Below, piece by piece: positions 13,604 to 26,385 of a stretch of 64,000 bases of DNA. The notes beneath the pieces were generated by a model. It was not told the origin of the DNA and did no database searches. It saw nothing but the letters and a program-made list of their open reading frames with translations. A program made the translations under genes and the position numbers. Position 1 is the stretch's first letter, and each line of letters starts with the position of its first letter. Origin of the DNA: Eledone cirrhosa (lineage: Eukaryota); contig CAXHJY010000112.1 in NCBI GenBank assembly GCA_964016885.1, positions 42,420 through 106,419 on the forward strand. Reading direction: 5' to 3'.

Positions 13604-14015
13604 TTCGGAGTGTTGACCACAGTCACTTTAGCTATAATCCCTGGTACTGTGGCCTGCAATGCAGAGGAAAGGAAGACAAACAAATACTGGGGATTGTCTG
13701 GTCGCTTCCTCTTTGCACTAGTTGCTGTCAAGGCCTTAAAAGTACTTCAACCCCACACTGCCAAGCTACTCCACAAGATCAGAACATCAGCACCCCATCT
13801 GAGGAAGGAGGCCCATGGTGTGGGGTGGCTGTTGCAGCGGGTGCCGCTGACCATTGTCCGTGGGAAAGCTTTTGTGGTCATGTTCATGGGACACAGTCCC
13901 AACTCTGCCACCCTTAAAGCATATCACCACCCCGTTACCCTCCCATTTTTCTGTGACCCTAGAGGCCTTACCTTTCCCTTCCTTTTCCGTTTTCATAACC
14001 ACAAAAGATCCTTTT
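13604..14015 (+). pseudogene. Decayed C-terminus of a restriction-like-endonuclease (CRE-clade-like) non-LTR retrotransposon plus 3' UTR
   Basis: Translation ACNAEERKTNKY...F...AV..L...WLLQRVPLTIVRGKA resembles the CRE-type A..AE..K..KY...F.P.AVET.G...L.QRLS.A..RGNA motif. Confidence 0.65.
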
Positions 14016-14779
14016 AATTAATCTTATATTTTCATAAATAGTAAAGCAATGACTATAGAAATAACTGATGCAGCAATTTAAATAATCAAATCCAAACACT
14101 TTACTATTTCCTCACCGAGATATAATTTTTTTGTTGTTATTTTTATCATGACTATACAGCCAATCTTTTAAACTAATTCCAGCCTGAGGCCATAGAGTTA
14201 CATCAATTGGATTATCAACTCAATAACTTAGATTTACCTCACACTACCAGCAACCCTTAAATACATAATTTCCCTTCTGACATAAATGAAAGATCAGCAA
14301 ATATTAAGCATAGATAATTATGCCAAATTGTTATATGCGCTTTCCCATGCTGGCAGGGGATCACTGGATTGAGTCACATTATATTCTAAATATGTCAGGG
14401 ACAATGTCTCATTCAAATGTTCCATTTTGGCATGATTTCTTCATTTGGATGCCCTTCCTATCATCAACCATTCTGCAGAGTATTCTTAGCTTTGAATAAA
14501 TATATATAATGCATATATATACACAACCATATACATACTCACACACACACACACACACATATATATACATACACACAATATACAAATACACGTGCACACA
14601 TGTATAGTTCCACTTGTGTACTGACTGTTTGCGATGAACTGCTCAACCCTTGCTAACAACTATGATGATGATGATGATGACAATGTCTCTCTCTCCCCCT
14701 CTCTCTGTCTGTGTCTGTGTGTATATATATATATATATATATATAGCAATAATAACAATATTTATACTTATATATGTTT

Positions 14780-15200
14780 AATATATTATAAATATTGAGG
14801 GTAGTACTAAGTATTAGTCGGTTACCGGTATGATGAAAGGCTCAGTGCAAATTATCAAGTGTTTTACAGAGCCGAGATACAAAGTGTTAAAACAATAAAA
14901 TCTTAGTTTAATACATTTATTTGCTGACAAATTGTTTCTTCCAGAGGGAAATCTGGAATCATCGGAGCATAGGGAATGTCTAAACAGGTGATTAAAATCT
15001 TAGTCATTCAGAACATTTAGGTAGATACATAAGTGTTGTTAGTGTCCTAGACATCATGTAGGGAATCAGGAGTTAAAAAGATGTTATGCTTGAGAGAACA
15101 CAATTACAAGGAGCACTGGTGGAAAGAGTGCAAGAGGTACAAGCAAAAAGTACAGGCAAAAAAAGTTACAAGCAAGTGAAAAATGTAAGATAGGATAGAC
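14780..15200 (-). mobile_element. PLE 3' UTR remnant (same family as 44401-46340)
   Basis: Shares the ttacc(a/g)gta...gctca(a/g)tg...tttacagagc terminal block and the CCGANGA hammerhead with 44401-44650. Confidence 0.6.
14921..14970 (-). ncRNA. Minimal type I hammerhead ribozyme, CCGAUGA core variant
   Basis: Minus strand: tgct CCGATGA ttccaga tttccc tctggaa GAAA caatttg TC agca. Confidence 0.7.
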
Positions 15201-15212
15201 ATAAATATATAT

Positions 15213-15535
15213 AACTGGCACTCTGTCAATTATGATGTCGAGTGTTCCAGTTGATCCAATCAATGGAACAGCCTGTTCATGAAATTAACATGCAAGTGGC
15301 TGAACATTCCACAGACACACATACCCTCAACATAGTTCTCAGGGAGATTCAGCGTGATACAGAACGTGACAAGATTGGCCCTTTGAAATGCAGGTACAAC
15401 TCATTCTTGCCAGCTGAGTGGACTGGAATAACATGAAATAAAGTGTCTTACTCAAAGAGACAACGCACTGCCGGGAATCGAACTCACAACCTTACGATTG
15501 TAAGCTGAATGCCCTAATCACAAAGCCATGTGCCT
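15213..15535 (-). mobile_element. tRNA-derived SINE (S2 head, different tail)
   Basis: Reverse strand has a tRNA A/B-box-like head (gtgagttcgattccc) and the ttgagtaagacactttatttcatg...ccagtccactcagctg core shared with 19943-20435. Confidence 0.8.
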
Positions 15536-16097
15536 TCATGTATATATATATATATATATATATATATTTTCATACATACACACACACATACCCACACAAC
15601 ATTATCATCATTGTTTAAATTCTATTTTCCTTGCTTGCATAGGTGCAATGGGTTGTAATGGTGCGAGACTAGACAAGTCAGGTGACCACTTCTTGCTCAT
15701 CCCCTGTTTTGAGATTGGTTTTCTATGGTTGGATGTCCTGAAAATTACTAATTTGACACACATACACATTTACATCTCAAGGGCCAACTTTTCCAACTGA
15801 TTTTCAACCACCTTAACTTGATTTACATACTTTTCTTAATATATTTTCTTTTTCCTCACTTACATAATACAGTACACTTTCTATATTATTCAACTCCATA
15901 CCTTAATAAATATTACCATTTCTATATTACATACCATCACATAATACCATACATCTGCTACAGTATATACATACTAACATGCGGACACCTACTTTGCCAT
16001 TCAAATTTATATCTCTGTATTATTTCCATTTGTTATGCATTTTCATAAAGAAGCATTTTAACGGGCTTTATTTTTAACAGTATCTTCAAACTTGTCT

Positions 16098-16185
16098 AAG
16101 TGCCTGAAGAATAGGTAACAAATTTGATCCCTCATACAATCTGTAGATATGACAAAATTGGGCCTTGAAACCTTAGGTAGTACTT
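16098..16185 (+). ncRNA. Type I hammerhead ribozyme with extended stem II (probably in a PLE 3' UTR remnant, ~15760-16220)
   Basis: aagtgc CTGAAGA at aggt...(~45 nt)...gcct t GAAA cc tta gg TA gtactt. Stem I has 6 bp and stem III is closed. Confidence 0.7.
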
Positions 16186-16789
16186 TTGTTCTGTGTTTGA
16201 ACATAAATAATATAATACAATCAATCTCTCTCTCATATATATATATATATCCTTTTGTATTTATATATACATAAACGTTTTGACCATCTGGTGCCTTTAG
16301 CAGACTTCATATACTGGCAAACATTTGGACCAGATCTTCAGCTTGTAAATAATTTCCTCTTTTCTTCTCAGCAGTTTCTCTACCATCTTCATTTGCCTGA
16401 CTAAACCATTAAATATATATAAACATATTCATAGATGAAATATTATGTAAATGTAATGATTGTCATTCTAGAGAAACTACTAGAATGCTCTAGTAACAAC
16501 AAAGAATTAGTGTGTAAATAGTTTCAACTTTATACGAACCTATTTGTAAAGTGACCAGCAACTGTACACCCATATTTTTCCATCAATCTGTAACAAATAA
16601 ATTTTAAAGGAATTGAAACATTTCTATTCATTTCATATAATATAATTGAAAACATTCTTTAATATAAAAATATATCATGTGAATACAATTTAATAGAAAA
16701 AGAAAAAAATTAGATTGAGAAGAAAGAATGGAATGTAAAATAAGAAAATATAAAAAGAAAATGGAAAAGGAAGAGAAAAGCGAGGGCTC

Positions 16790-16942
16790 TAGTGTCACAG
16801 AAGAATGGGAAGGGGGAGGAGAGGGTGTTTGGGGTCTGGGCCTAAAGTGCGGTGGTAATGGGGCTGCACCCTGTGAACAAGGCTGCAAAAGTATCCCTGT
16901 GAACAATGGTTAGCGACTCCTGCTGCAACAGCCACCCCACCA
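16790..16942 (-). pseudogene. Second CRE-like 3' fragment
   Basis: Reverse complement gtggggtggctgttgcagcaggagtcgctaaccattgt matches 13820-13858. Confidence 0.65.
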
Positions 16943-17264
16943 AATAGTTAAAAAAAGTTAAAAAAAATAAAAGATGCAAAAAATACAAAAGTTAAAAAGA
17001 AATCTAAAAAATTGCAGAATAAGTTTTTCTTTCCTGGTTCTTGTTTTCTCTCTATCTAGCTCTGATAAATGCTATGTCGGGTACTGAGCATTGACGTAAG
17101 CGTTTCCATTACTTATAATGATACTCAGTATCCAATATGGCATTTGTTAGCTGGCAAAAAAATGGAACCCATGAGAGTTGTATATGAATACATGTTCATG
17201 TTTTGTAATCCTGGGTCAGGCAGACCTATTAACAAAGGCATTAAAGCAGTGACCAATTCATCGG

Positions 17265-17620
17265 CATCATCATCATCACCGTTTTACGTCCGTTCTTCCA
17301 CACTAGCATGGGTTAGACGGGTTGTCCTGTTGTGGGCAGTGTCTGGTCGGCTGACCTTGTCTTGCTCATATGGGAACTGATTCTGGCTTGATTTCTACAG
17401 TGAGTGCCGGGTGCTTTTTTGCCATGGTACCTCCACGACCACTTTGCAGTGGAATGATAGAGACCCCAGTCCTATCATCTCATTTCTACAGCTGAGTAAA
17501 CTGGAGCAATTTGAAATAAAGTGTCTTGCTCAAGGAAACAACACATCACCCGGTCTGAGAATTAAACTCACAACCTTTTGATTGCAAGCCCATTGCTCTA
17601 ACCACTAAGCTATACGCCTA
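17265..17620 (-). mobile_element. SINE S2 with RTE-A-type tail, internally deleted
   Basis: Reverse complement is highly similar to 19943-20435 but lacks the tandem tail units. Confidence 0.88.
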
Positions 17621-18109
17621 CAATATCCAATCTGCCTTTCTTTACTAAGATTTGAGTTAGATGGACATTTGGCTGCCATATCTAGCAGACCAGAATTCCA
17701 TTATTGGCTACCATGATTATTTTAGCCTTGTTACAAGTACCAACAAGAATAGAATAATTATTATTTCTACCACTTCTATTAATGACATCTTTACATTCTT
17801 AATCTTTAAATATTTCATCAATTATATCAAAATGAAATAGTGTGTGTGAGAGAGAGAAAGAGAAAAAGAGAGAGTAATAGAGAAAGAGAGGGAGTAATAG
17901 AGAAAGAGAGGGAGTAATAGAGAAAGAGAGAGTGAGAGAAACACATATATGTATAAATAATAGAAATAATAATAATAATACTAATAATAACAGCAAGAAC
18001 AAAAGCAATGGAATATATTATGTAAACAAACAATGCTTAAGTACACAATACTACCTCTGGTGATTTTTGAATAATTCAAAATATGAAACTGTAGTAGTAG
18101 GCATGTATG

Positions 18110-18142
<33 letters not shown>

Positions 18143-18146
<4 letters not shown>

Positions 18147-19012
18147 AAAAAGTTCAGAGAGCTTATACCACTATTGGCCGCTAAATGAAAGGCAGGCTGT
18201 GTAATGCCTGCATACGAACAGCGACGTTACATGGCACTGAGACATGGGCATTGTGTGCAGAGGATCTACGCAGACTGGAGAGGAACGAAGCTTGCATGCT
18301 CCGTTGGATGTGTAATAGTAATATACGTGAACGGCAAAGCATAAACGAACTAAATGAGAAATTAGGTATAAGAGGGATCAGATGCTGTTTACTCGAGAGA
18401 AGACTATGTTCGTATGGTCATGTGATGCGCATGAAAGATGACAGCTGTATAAAAAAAGTGCAGGGCGATCAAAATAGACGGTAGCTACGGAGTAGGTAAA
18501 CCCAGAAAAACCTGGGACGACTTGATAAATTCTGACCTCACACACTTACACCTCTCCAAGACAATGTCACTGGACCGAGATCTTTGGCGCTACACAGTAA
18601 TACAGAAGACCCGCCTTGCCTATATATATATACATACAAAGCGAAACCTACAGTCAGTAGGCACCTCTTAACCAAAATATACCCCCGTCCCACTACCCCC
18701 ACTGCCATCTACACCACCCCTTTCGATGTAAAGTTGTGTTGGTACCACAACATCCAGTCCTAAATAAATGAGGTCGTGTAGGTGTCACAACAAAAAAACA
18801 CAGCCCACGCTGTAATGTGGCCATGTAGGTAACACGGTAAAAACCTCCCAGTCCACACTGTAAACGTGGTTGGTGTTAGGAAGGGCATCCAGCCGTAGAA
18901 AACCTGCCAGACAGTCCTATACAAGCAAGACAACCAATCTTGCCTCAAGTAGGACAATACCCGTCCAAACCCATGCTAGCGTGGAATATGGACATTAAAC
19001 GATGATGATGAT
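18143..19012 (+). mobile_element. 5'-truncated RTE family A copy (frameshifted)
   Basis: WKKFRELIPL/MKGRL...HGTETW...RPGHVMR-type homology. UTR lacks the 113-bp duplication. (TA)n flanks and (GAT)n tail. Confidence 0.93.
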
Positions 19013-19148
19013 ATATATATATATATATACATATGTATGCACACACACACATTCTAGGTCACTTGATGACGTAGGTGCAGCATCATGTAAGAAGTATAAA
19101 AATATTTGTTCTAACGAGTTGCGACTCCTACATTTTTCATTTTGCTTA

Positions 19149-19236
19149 TCATCATCGTTTAACGTCCATCTTCCACGTTGGCATGGGTTTGGACGGGATT
19201 TTTCCCACTTGAGGCAAGATTGGTTGTCTTGCTCGT
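19149..19236 (-). mobile_element. RTE-A extreme 3' tail fragment
   Basis: Near-identical to 41393-41475. Confidence 0.8.
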
Positions 19237-19942
19237 ATATCATTCAATATTTAATTATGGTCGGTATGTGTATGTTTATGTTTTGGATGTTGACGAAGAC
19301 GTAATTGAGTTAATGAAGACATTATTAAATTGACGATGACGGAATATATTATGTCAATTCAACATTTCATCACATACATATTTAACACACCACGACTGTA
19401 CGTAGTCAAATTTCGTTTCTGCCATTTTAAGTAATAAAATTCATGAGTTCTTGGTCAAACCAAGGCTGCAGTAGAAACTTCTTAAGTGACCAGCAAATTA
19501 CAGAGCATAGGATTCTGTGAGAGGATGTTACATATAGTTGTTTACTCTTAGCTAGGTACTTCTGCAGCTATCTGAATAAAATACGACATCGGAGGTGCTT
19601 CTCCAGGGCAAAAAGCGAAATATATATATATAACATTAAATTAAAAGTTGATTGACATATATACCTTAAATAAACACATCAAAAAATTACAAGGGATATT
19701 TTGTAAAGAGTGTAAACACATAGTTACGAAGGTAATGATTCACCGATTAATGGTGAAATATATTTCTTCAATGGAATATATACAAATGAAATTAATCATT
19801 ATTGCAAGGTGTCTATATCTATATTTAAGGTTCTTGTTAATTTTTAATATGTTACCTCTGTAACTATGTATGTTTACACTCTTTACAAATTATCTCCTGT
19901 AATTGTTTGATGTGTTTATTTTATATATATATACATATGTAT

Positions 19943-20435
19943 GGAGGCACTTGGCTTAGTGGTTAGAGCATTGGCCTTGCAATCGAAAGGTTGTGAGTTC
20001 AATTCTCAGACCGGGTGATGTGTTGTTTCCTTGAGCTAAATACTTTATTTCAAATTGCTCCAGTTTACTCAGCTGTAGAAATGAGATGATAGGACTGGGG
20101 TCCCTATCATTCCACTGCAAAATGGTCGTGGAGGTGCCATGGCAAAAAAAATCACCCAGCCCACAATGTAAAGTGGACGTGTAGATGCCACGGAAAAAAA
20201 AAAAGCACCCAGCACTCACTGTAAAGTGGACATGTTGGCGCCATGGAAAAAGCTCCCAGCACTCACTGTAAATGAGGTTGGTGTTAGGAAGGGCATCCAG
20301 CTGTAGAAATCAAGCCAGAATCAGTTCCCGTATGAGCAAAACAAGCTAAGCTGACTGGACACTGCCCACAACAGGACAACCCGTTTAACTCATGCTAGCA
20401 TGGAAGAATGGACGTAAAATGGTGATGATGATGAT
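19943..20435 (+). mobile_element. Full-length tRNA-derived SINE S2 with RTE-A-derived 3' tail
   Basis: A box tggcttagtgg and B box gagttcaattc. Central core is followed by ggtgttaggaagggcatccagctgtagaaa and ggacgtaaaat(gat)n, shared with the RTE-A UTR. Confidence 0.9.
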
Positions 20436-20911
20436 ATATATATCATCGCTTTTATGATAAAATATTCTCTGAAGATTTGCCAAGATTTATGTTGTGACAT
20501 AAGGAAATAACAACACTTAAAAAGTAAACAGACATTTAAAATGAAATTAAGTTTCCCCCATTTTTGAAGGTGGTATTAGTTTTAAATTTAATAGTAGCAA
20601 TCAATTTGAAGGAAATGTTGCTGCAGTAAATATGAAAAAATGCAACAAACAAAGCAGATTGTGGATTTGAATATAATATATCAAATTCTTCAAATTTGAA
20701 ACCAGAGATGATAGCAACAACATAATATTGTTGTTTTATGTCACAATTATTATAGAACTTAATAACTCAAACACATAGGGGCTTTATAGTTAAAAATCAT
20801 TTACTAGTAGAAATACATATATTACTAAAAGTCCGTGTTTCTATTTTTCTGTGTGTGTATTTCTTGTATTTAGCAAAGGTAGTTCATTATACTGGAAGAA
20901 TTTTTCAACTA

Positions 20912-21180
20912 ATCATCATCATCGCTGTTTAAAGTCTATTTTCCATGCTAGCATGGGTTAAAAAGATTGTCCCATTTGAGGCAAGTCAGGTCAGGTGATC
21001 ATGTCTTGCTCAAACAGAACTATTTATGGTTTGGTTTCTATGGCTGCATGCCCTTCCTAACACCAACCACATTTACAGTGTGTTAGATGCTTTTTGTTAT
21101 GACACCTACATGACTACTTTACAGTGTGAATCGTGTGATTTTTGTCATGACACCTCAAGACCACTTTACAGTGTGGGTTG
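20912..21180 (-). mobile_element. RTE-A UTR / SINE tail fragment, diverged
   Basis: Reverse-strand tail motifs as at 776-1041. Confidence 0.75.
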
Positions 21181-21440
21181 GAAACTCAAACCCTTTTGCT
21201 TATAACTTCCAGTACATTTCTTGAAACAAAATGTTCAAAATAAAAGGTTATTTTTCCCCATAATAGAAGAGTGACAATAGAAATGTACTTGCAAATAAAA
21301 AAAACATACAAAAACAAAAAACAGACATATACACATACAAATATATTTAGTTATTCACTTGTTTGAAGTAAATTAAAGCTATCTTCTTTATGGCTAGCCT
21401 ATTCCATATATATATATATATATATATATATGGAATATAT

Positions 21441-22281
21441 ATTCCGTCAGGGAAATGGCCATGTTCGATATGCAGAAAAGGATCTGGCATAAATTCTATA
21501 AAATGCACACAATGTAGGTCCTGGGTACACAAGAGATGTAGCGGGATAGCAGGCAAACTAACAGGTAGGGAGAAATATGTATGCAGTAGATGTACAGGGA
21601 AATTAGACAGTAGAAGTCGCACTGATAGACACATTTTTCAAATGCGAGAGGGTGCTATAGAAGTGGTGGATAGCTTCCGGTACCTAGGAGATCAGATTAG
21701 CATGGGAGGAGGGTGTTCCGAGGCCATAGTATCTAGAATAAGGACGGGTTGGAAGAAGTTTAGGGAGCTGCTTCCTCTGTTGACGAAGAAAGGTTTCTCC
21801 CTGCGTACGAAAGGCCGGTTGTATGATGCCTGTGTGAGGAGCGCGATGCTGCATGGTAGTGAGACATGGGCAGCTACCGCAGAAGATATGCGACGGCTGG
21901 AGAGAAATGAGGGAAGCATGCTCCGTTGGATGTGCAGTGTAAATGTGCGTGAACGACCCAGCATAAATGTGTTGAGAGAGAAACTGTGTCTGAGAGGGAT
22001 AGAATGTAGTGTACGGGAGAGGAGACTGAGGTGGTATGGACATGTGATGCGCATGGAGGATGACCGATGGGTGAAGAAGTGCCAGGAAATGCCAGTTGAA
22101 GGAAGACGTGGTAGAGGTAGACCACGAAAAATATGGGCAGAGGTGGTGAGAACAGACCTCAGATCATTGAAGCTCACGGTGGAGATGATGAGGGACCGTG
22201 ACGAGTGGAGAGATGCTGTGCTGAATAAGACCTGTCCCACCCTTGCAAGCAGGGAAAAGCGGACGTAAAATGATGATGATA
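21441..22281 (+). mobile_element. 5'-truncated RTE LINE (family B) with open ORF2 C-terminus including a PHD-like finger
   Basis: Open frame to stop at 22268: WPCSICRKG...C..C....H..C...C..C, FRYLG, WKKFREL, HGSETW, RRLRWYGHV, GRGRP. (GAT)n tail follows the stop directly, with (TA)n flanks. Confidence 0.95.
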
Positions 22282-22305
22282 TATATATATATACATATAC
22301 ATATA

Positions 22306-23016
22306 TGTTTCTCAACACACATTAATTCGAACACCATCAACATTCAACATCCACCATAGACTCTAATACATTAACATATTTGCTTCAACTGCAGTATTTA
22401 TTCATCTATATATGCATAATAGCTTTGCTTGTCTCCTCCTCATGTATATGACATACGCAGTCGCACTATCCACACGCCTGCATATGAATTGTTATCGCAC
22501 TCTTCCTTTCTCAAAACTACTTCCTCAATGCCTCTTTAATATTTGGACTATTCCCTTGTTTTAACTGTTGCATGTATTCCACTCTGTGCTTTTGATTTTA
22601 ATTTAATTTTAGTTTGAATTTGAATTTGAATGTTTGTACAATTATTGTACAATTCTCGTAAAATATATGTCACATCCATTCCACCCTGTAAATATGAAAC
22701 TGTTGCTCACAACATCAATTTATATGTATCTATATTATTGTTCAGTTGAATAGGAGGTTAATTATATGTGCAAACATTGATAATGCTCCGATGACTCCAA
22801 ACGAGAGTTTGGAAGAAACGATTGTCAGCTATTAAATGATTTGAACACAACTTTGATAATTGTATAATTTATTTATTTATTTTCCTGCTCTGTAAAACAA
22901 CTGATGTTCATACATTGAGTTATTTCTCTTACTAGTAATAAGGTAATTAAGAAATTACTGACCTTCCTGTTTATAGTTGTTTATACTATATACATAACTA
23001 TAAATAGTATTATTAT
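22306..23016 (+). mobile_element. PLE 3' UTR remnant (family of 44401-46340)
   Basis: Contains the hammerhead and the downstream ctgctctgtaaaacaactgatg...cattgag...cttact.gtaataaggta...taaatagtat block homologous to the reverse of 44401-44570. Confidence 0.7.
22785..22829 (+). ncRNA. Minimal type I hammerhead, CCGAUGA variant
   Basis: gct CCGATGA c tccaaac gaga gtttgga a GAAA cgattg TC agc. Confidence 0.75.
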
Positions 23017-23113
23017 TATATATACATATAGGTAATTAAGGAAACAAAACAAACACAAGAATGCAAAATTACACAGTTATATTAGGTTAATGATTGGAGG
23101 AAATAGAGGAGGG

Positions 23114-23147
23114 TTCGACATTTTGGACAGAAGTCCATCATCATGAA
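23114..23147 (-). ncRNA. Degenerate minimal hammerhead
   Basis: Minus strand: ttc aTGATGA t ggac ttct gtcc aAAA tg TC gaa. C3 and G12 are mutated. Confidence 0.45.
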
Positions 23148-23366
23148 AGTTTGAATAAGGAGAGAACAAGTAGGTGTATGGAAAGAAGTTAGGAAAAGGG
23201 TGTTGGGAGGAGAATGATAGGTAGGAGGTAGTAGATGATGATATGGGGACATACAGACACATACACACACATATATGCAATGGTGAACTAAATAGACATG
23301 TTCATTTTCTCCTCGCAATTTTTTCCATTTCTTTCTTATTCACTCACCTCTATCTTTCTATTTCTC

Positions 23367-23410
23367 ATTCTATCTTCTGATGAAGGACTAACATCTGAAA
23401 TGTTAAGAAT
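23367..23410 (+). ncRNA. Degenerate minimal hammerhead
   Basis: CTGATGA a gga ctaaca tct GAAA tgt TA aga. The core is intact but the stems are weak. Confidence 0.5.
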
Positions 23411-23649
23411 CTTTTCCTACTATATCAAGTGTTAAACTAATATATATCTTCATTATACTGTATCGTTTGCTGTGTTGTTTTCTTGTTTACTTTTTACATA
23501 CATACGAATACACAAATAAAATATATATTCAAAGTAAGGAGCACACAGGACACAGACAATGGAAATAAACATCAGAAAGACGGACAGTCCCATCTCCTCA
23601 GTCAAGTGATTTCATATATATATGTATATGGTGTGTGGCTATGTGAAGA

Positions 23650-23850
23650 TGTGTGGCTGAGAATTGGATTCACAATCGTGAGGTTGGGAGTTTGATTCCC
23701 GGACCGGGCGATGCGTTATGTCCTTGAGCAAGACACTTTATTTCACGTTGCTCCTTCTACCTGGAGTTGTAACCAATATATAGTATTAGCAACTGGAAAG
23801 ACCAATGGAAACATTGTTTCCTCGGTCCGATTTGACGAAAGTCGATCATT
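23650..23850 (+). mobile_element. SINE S3 (S2-like head with a distinct tail)
   Basis: Homologous to 41102-41320 (ggaaagaccaatggaaacattgtttcctcggtccgatttgacgaaagtcgatc). Confidence 0.8.
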
Positions 23851-24628
23851 CCTTTATATATATATATATATATATACATACACACATATATTTATTAAAA
23901 TAACAGATTAAAGTTTAAGCAAAGAATCACTGCTTAAACTTTTAATAAATATTTGCTCTAGAGTTCTTATATATTTGATATATATTTATCCTTATTGAGC
24001 CCTCTTTGGATTTTAATCTTCACACACATATATATATATACATGAACTTACATAATCTTAATTGCCTTTAGATAAAGGTATTATTTTCTTCACATATAGA
24101 TAAACAGAGTAGTATATGATGTGAGAATATTGTTTTGTCACATGACAATGAATGGGTTAATAAACAGATATTTAATGCTGACCAGTTTTTAGAGATCACT
24201 CAAAGCATATATGTCAAGTAAAAAGGTCATATTGTATTGGTAAACACATAAATATAGAATGATAATAGAAATAATGTTAGTTTCTATATTTCTTTAATGA
24301 TAATAATTATATTAAGCTTAATGTTTTGTATTTCAGAAAATGAATTTAATGTTTAGATATTAAAGATTTAATCTTCTAAGAATGTTTGTTGAGAGTGAGA
24401 GAGAGAATGGGAGGGAAAGAGTGATTGTGAGAGAGACAAAGTGAGAAGCAAGAAAGTTGCAGAGGAATAAAAAAGTAATGGAAGAACAAGCAAACATTAT
24501 TGATAAAGTGATAGAGAAATGAGAGAAAGAAGGAAGGAGAGTGAGAGTGAATTAGTGAAAAAAATAGTGAAAAAAATAGTAAAAAGAGAGTAAAAAAGAA
24601 GACATCATATATATATATATATATATAA

Positions 24629-24680
<52 letters not shown>

Positions 24681-26206
24681 AAAATGGAAGGGTAGGAAAT
24701 TATTGAAAACCATTCTAACATCAAAACAAAATTATTTTTAGACAAAAATGCAGTATGCCATTGTTTATTTTCAAAATGAATTGTCTGCTTTGCTGTTGTT
24801 GCAGTTGCTTTTGTATGATCAGTGAGAAAGAAAATGAAAGAAAATAAATTTTGTTGCACTTTACAAAATGAAGGGAATAAAAATAGTCACTATTAGCCTC
24901 CTAACTATTTGTTCACCACAAAGACTTGAAATTTCTGGTTTTATTCAAAGAATTTCAATAAAGAGCAGTCAGTTATGCAAGTACAAATCCCAAGTCAAAT
25001 TATGCAATTGTTGCTACTTTATGCATGCTTTGTCAATGCAAATTAACAGCAATGTGATATGAAAACAAGGTGATTAGTGCTTGCACAATACACACTTTTT
25101 GTACATCTGTATTGTTTATTATGTTCACTTTTAGCATCTCTTAGAAATACTGTGATGCTGCTGGTGCATAGAAGTGCTGCAATGTTTAGCACTAATGCAG
25201 TCTTTGTTTTGGTAAAGGGTTAACTCCACCGATCCACTTCTTGGACTGGCATTCTATTTTATCAAGTCCAGAAGGATGAAAAGTAAAGTTGATATCAATA
25301 GCATTTGAATTCAGAACATAACCATTATGATACCAACCCACTTCAAACCACCTCTATGAAATAAATATATGGTAGATCTGATTGCTTTGCCTCTTTTGAA
25401 GTAAGTTTTCAGTTCAACAAGGAGATTGATCTACGAAAGAAATTTTTTTGGTATGTATGTGTGTGTGTGTCTATGTGTGTTTTATCTTTGAATTGGATCT
25501 CAAAACTCAGATTTGCTGCTCTTGTTATTTAACCCCAGTCATACTCTAATCAAGGAGACTTATAATCAATGCCATTCCAGCAGTGATGATATTGCCTTAT
25601 TTTCAAACAGTATATCTAACACTAAATTATTTGATTTGTCCTGCCTTGATTAACACAGTACACTGTGATTTATGAGAGGATCAGCTGCCATTTCTAGCAG
25701 ATTGATTAGACAATTAGAGGTTTATCTTTGGTTTATTTAAATACCACCAAGGTCAATTTTGCCTTTTATCTTTCTGGGGGTCAATAAAATACTAGTCAAG
25801 CAGTGGGGTGAAGTGTTTTATCTTTCTGTTTTGAATCCTCCCTCTCTCTTTCATAATTAGCTACACAATACTGTGAAAGGGTCATGGGCAGACTACTTAC
25901 ATCACTGTTTCTTTCAAAACAGGAGAGGTTGTGCTAGAGGCTAACAAACGCTTCCAATCTATAACAAATGTTAAAAAAACAAAGGGACATGGTGAATGTG
26001 GACAGACTGATATGCTCTATGGCCTGAAAAAAATGACTACTTATAGATAGTAAAACACTGTAAAAACAAACGCACAAGCAAAAGCACATTTTATATTATT
26101 TTTTTTCAAATTAGGACAAACTATCTATTAATATATGGACACCAAGGTGTTCAACACCAAATTTTATTTTTTAGTTCTTTATAAGACCAAATCAGGAATA
26201 TAAATA

Positions 26207-26385
26207 ATGGTTTCTAATTTAGGTACAAGGCCAGCAAATTTTGTTTGAAGGGAAAAGTTGATTAAATGAACCCCAGTACTTGTACTTTGTTTTAATGACT
26301 TTGGAAGGATTTGAACTCAGAATGTAAAGAGCTGTAACTGAATACAGTAAAGCATGTTGCCCAATGCTCTAATGAGTCTATCAAT
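26207..26385 (-). mobile_element. SINE S1, old copy
   Basis: Tail ggtttctaatttaggtacaaggccagcaa and B box ggatttgaactc on the + strand, i.e. reverse orientation. Confidence 0.65.

Noticed and set aside
14826-14880. atgatga..ggctc...gagccgaga as a hammerhead
   Set aside because: The core is wrong at both halves, and it is the antisense of the PLE terminal block.
16285-16410. Possible short host exon on the minus strand (similar case at 11886-11972 on plus)
   Set aside because: Short open frames with no recognisable homology and weak splice signals.
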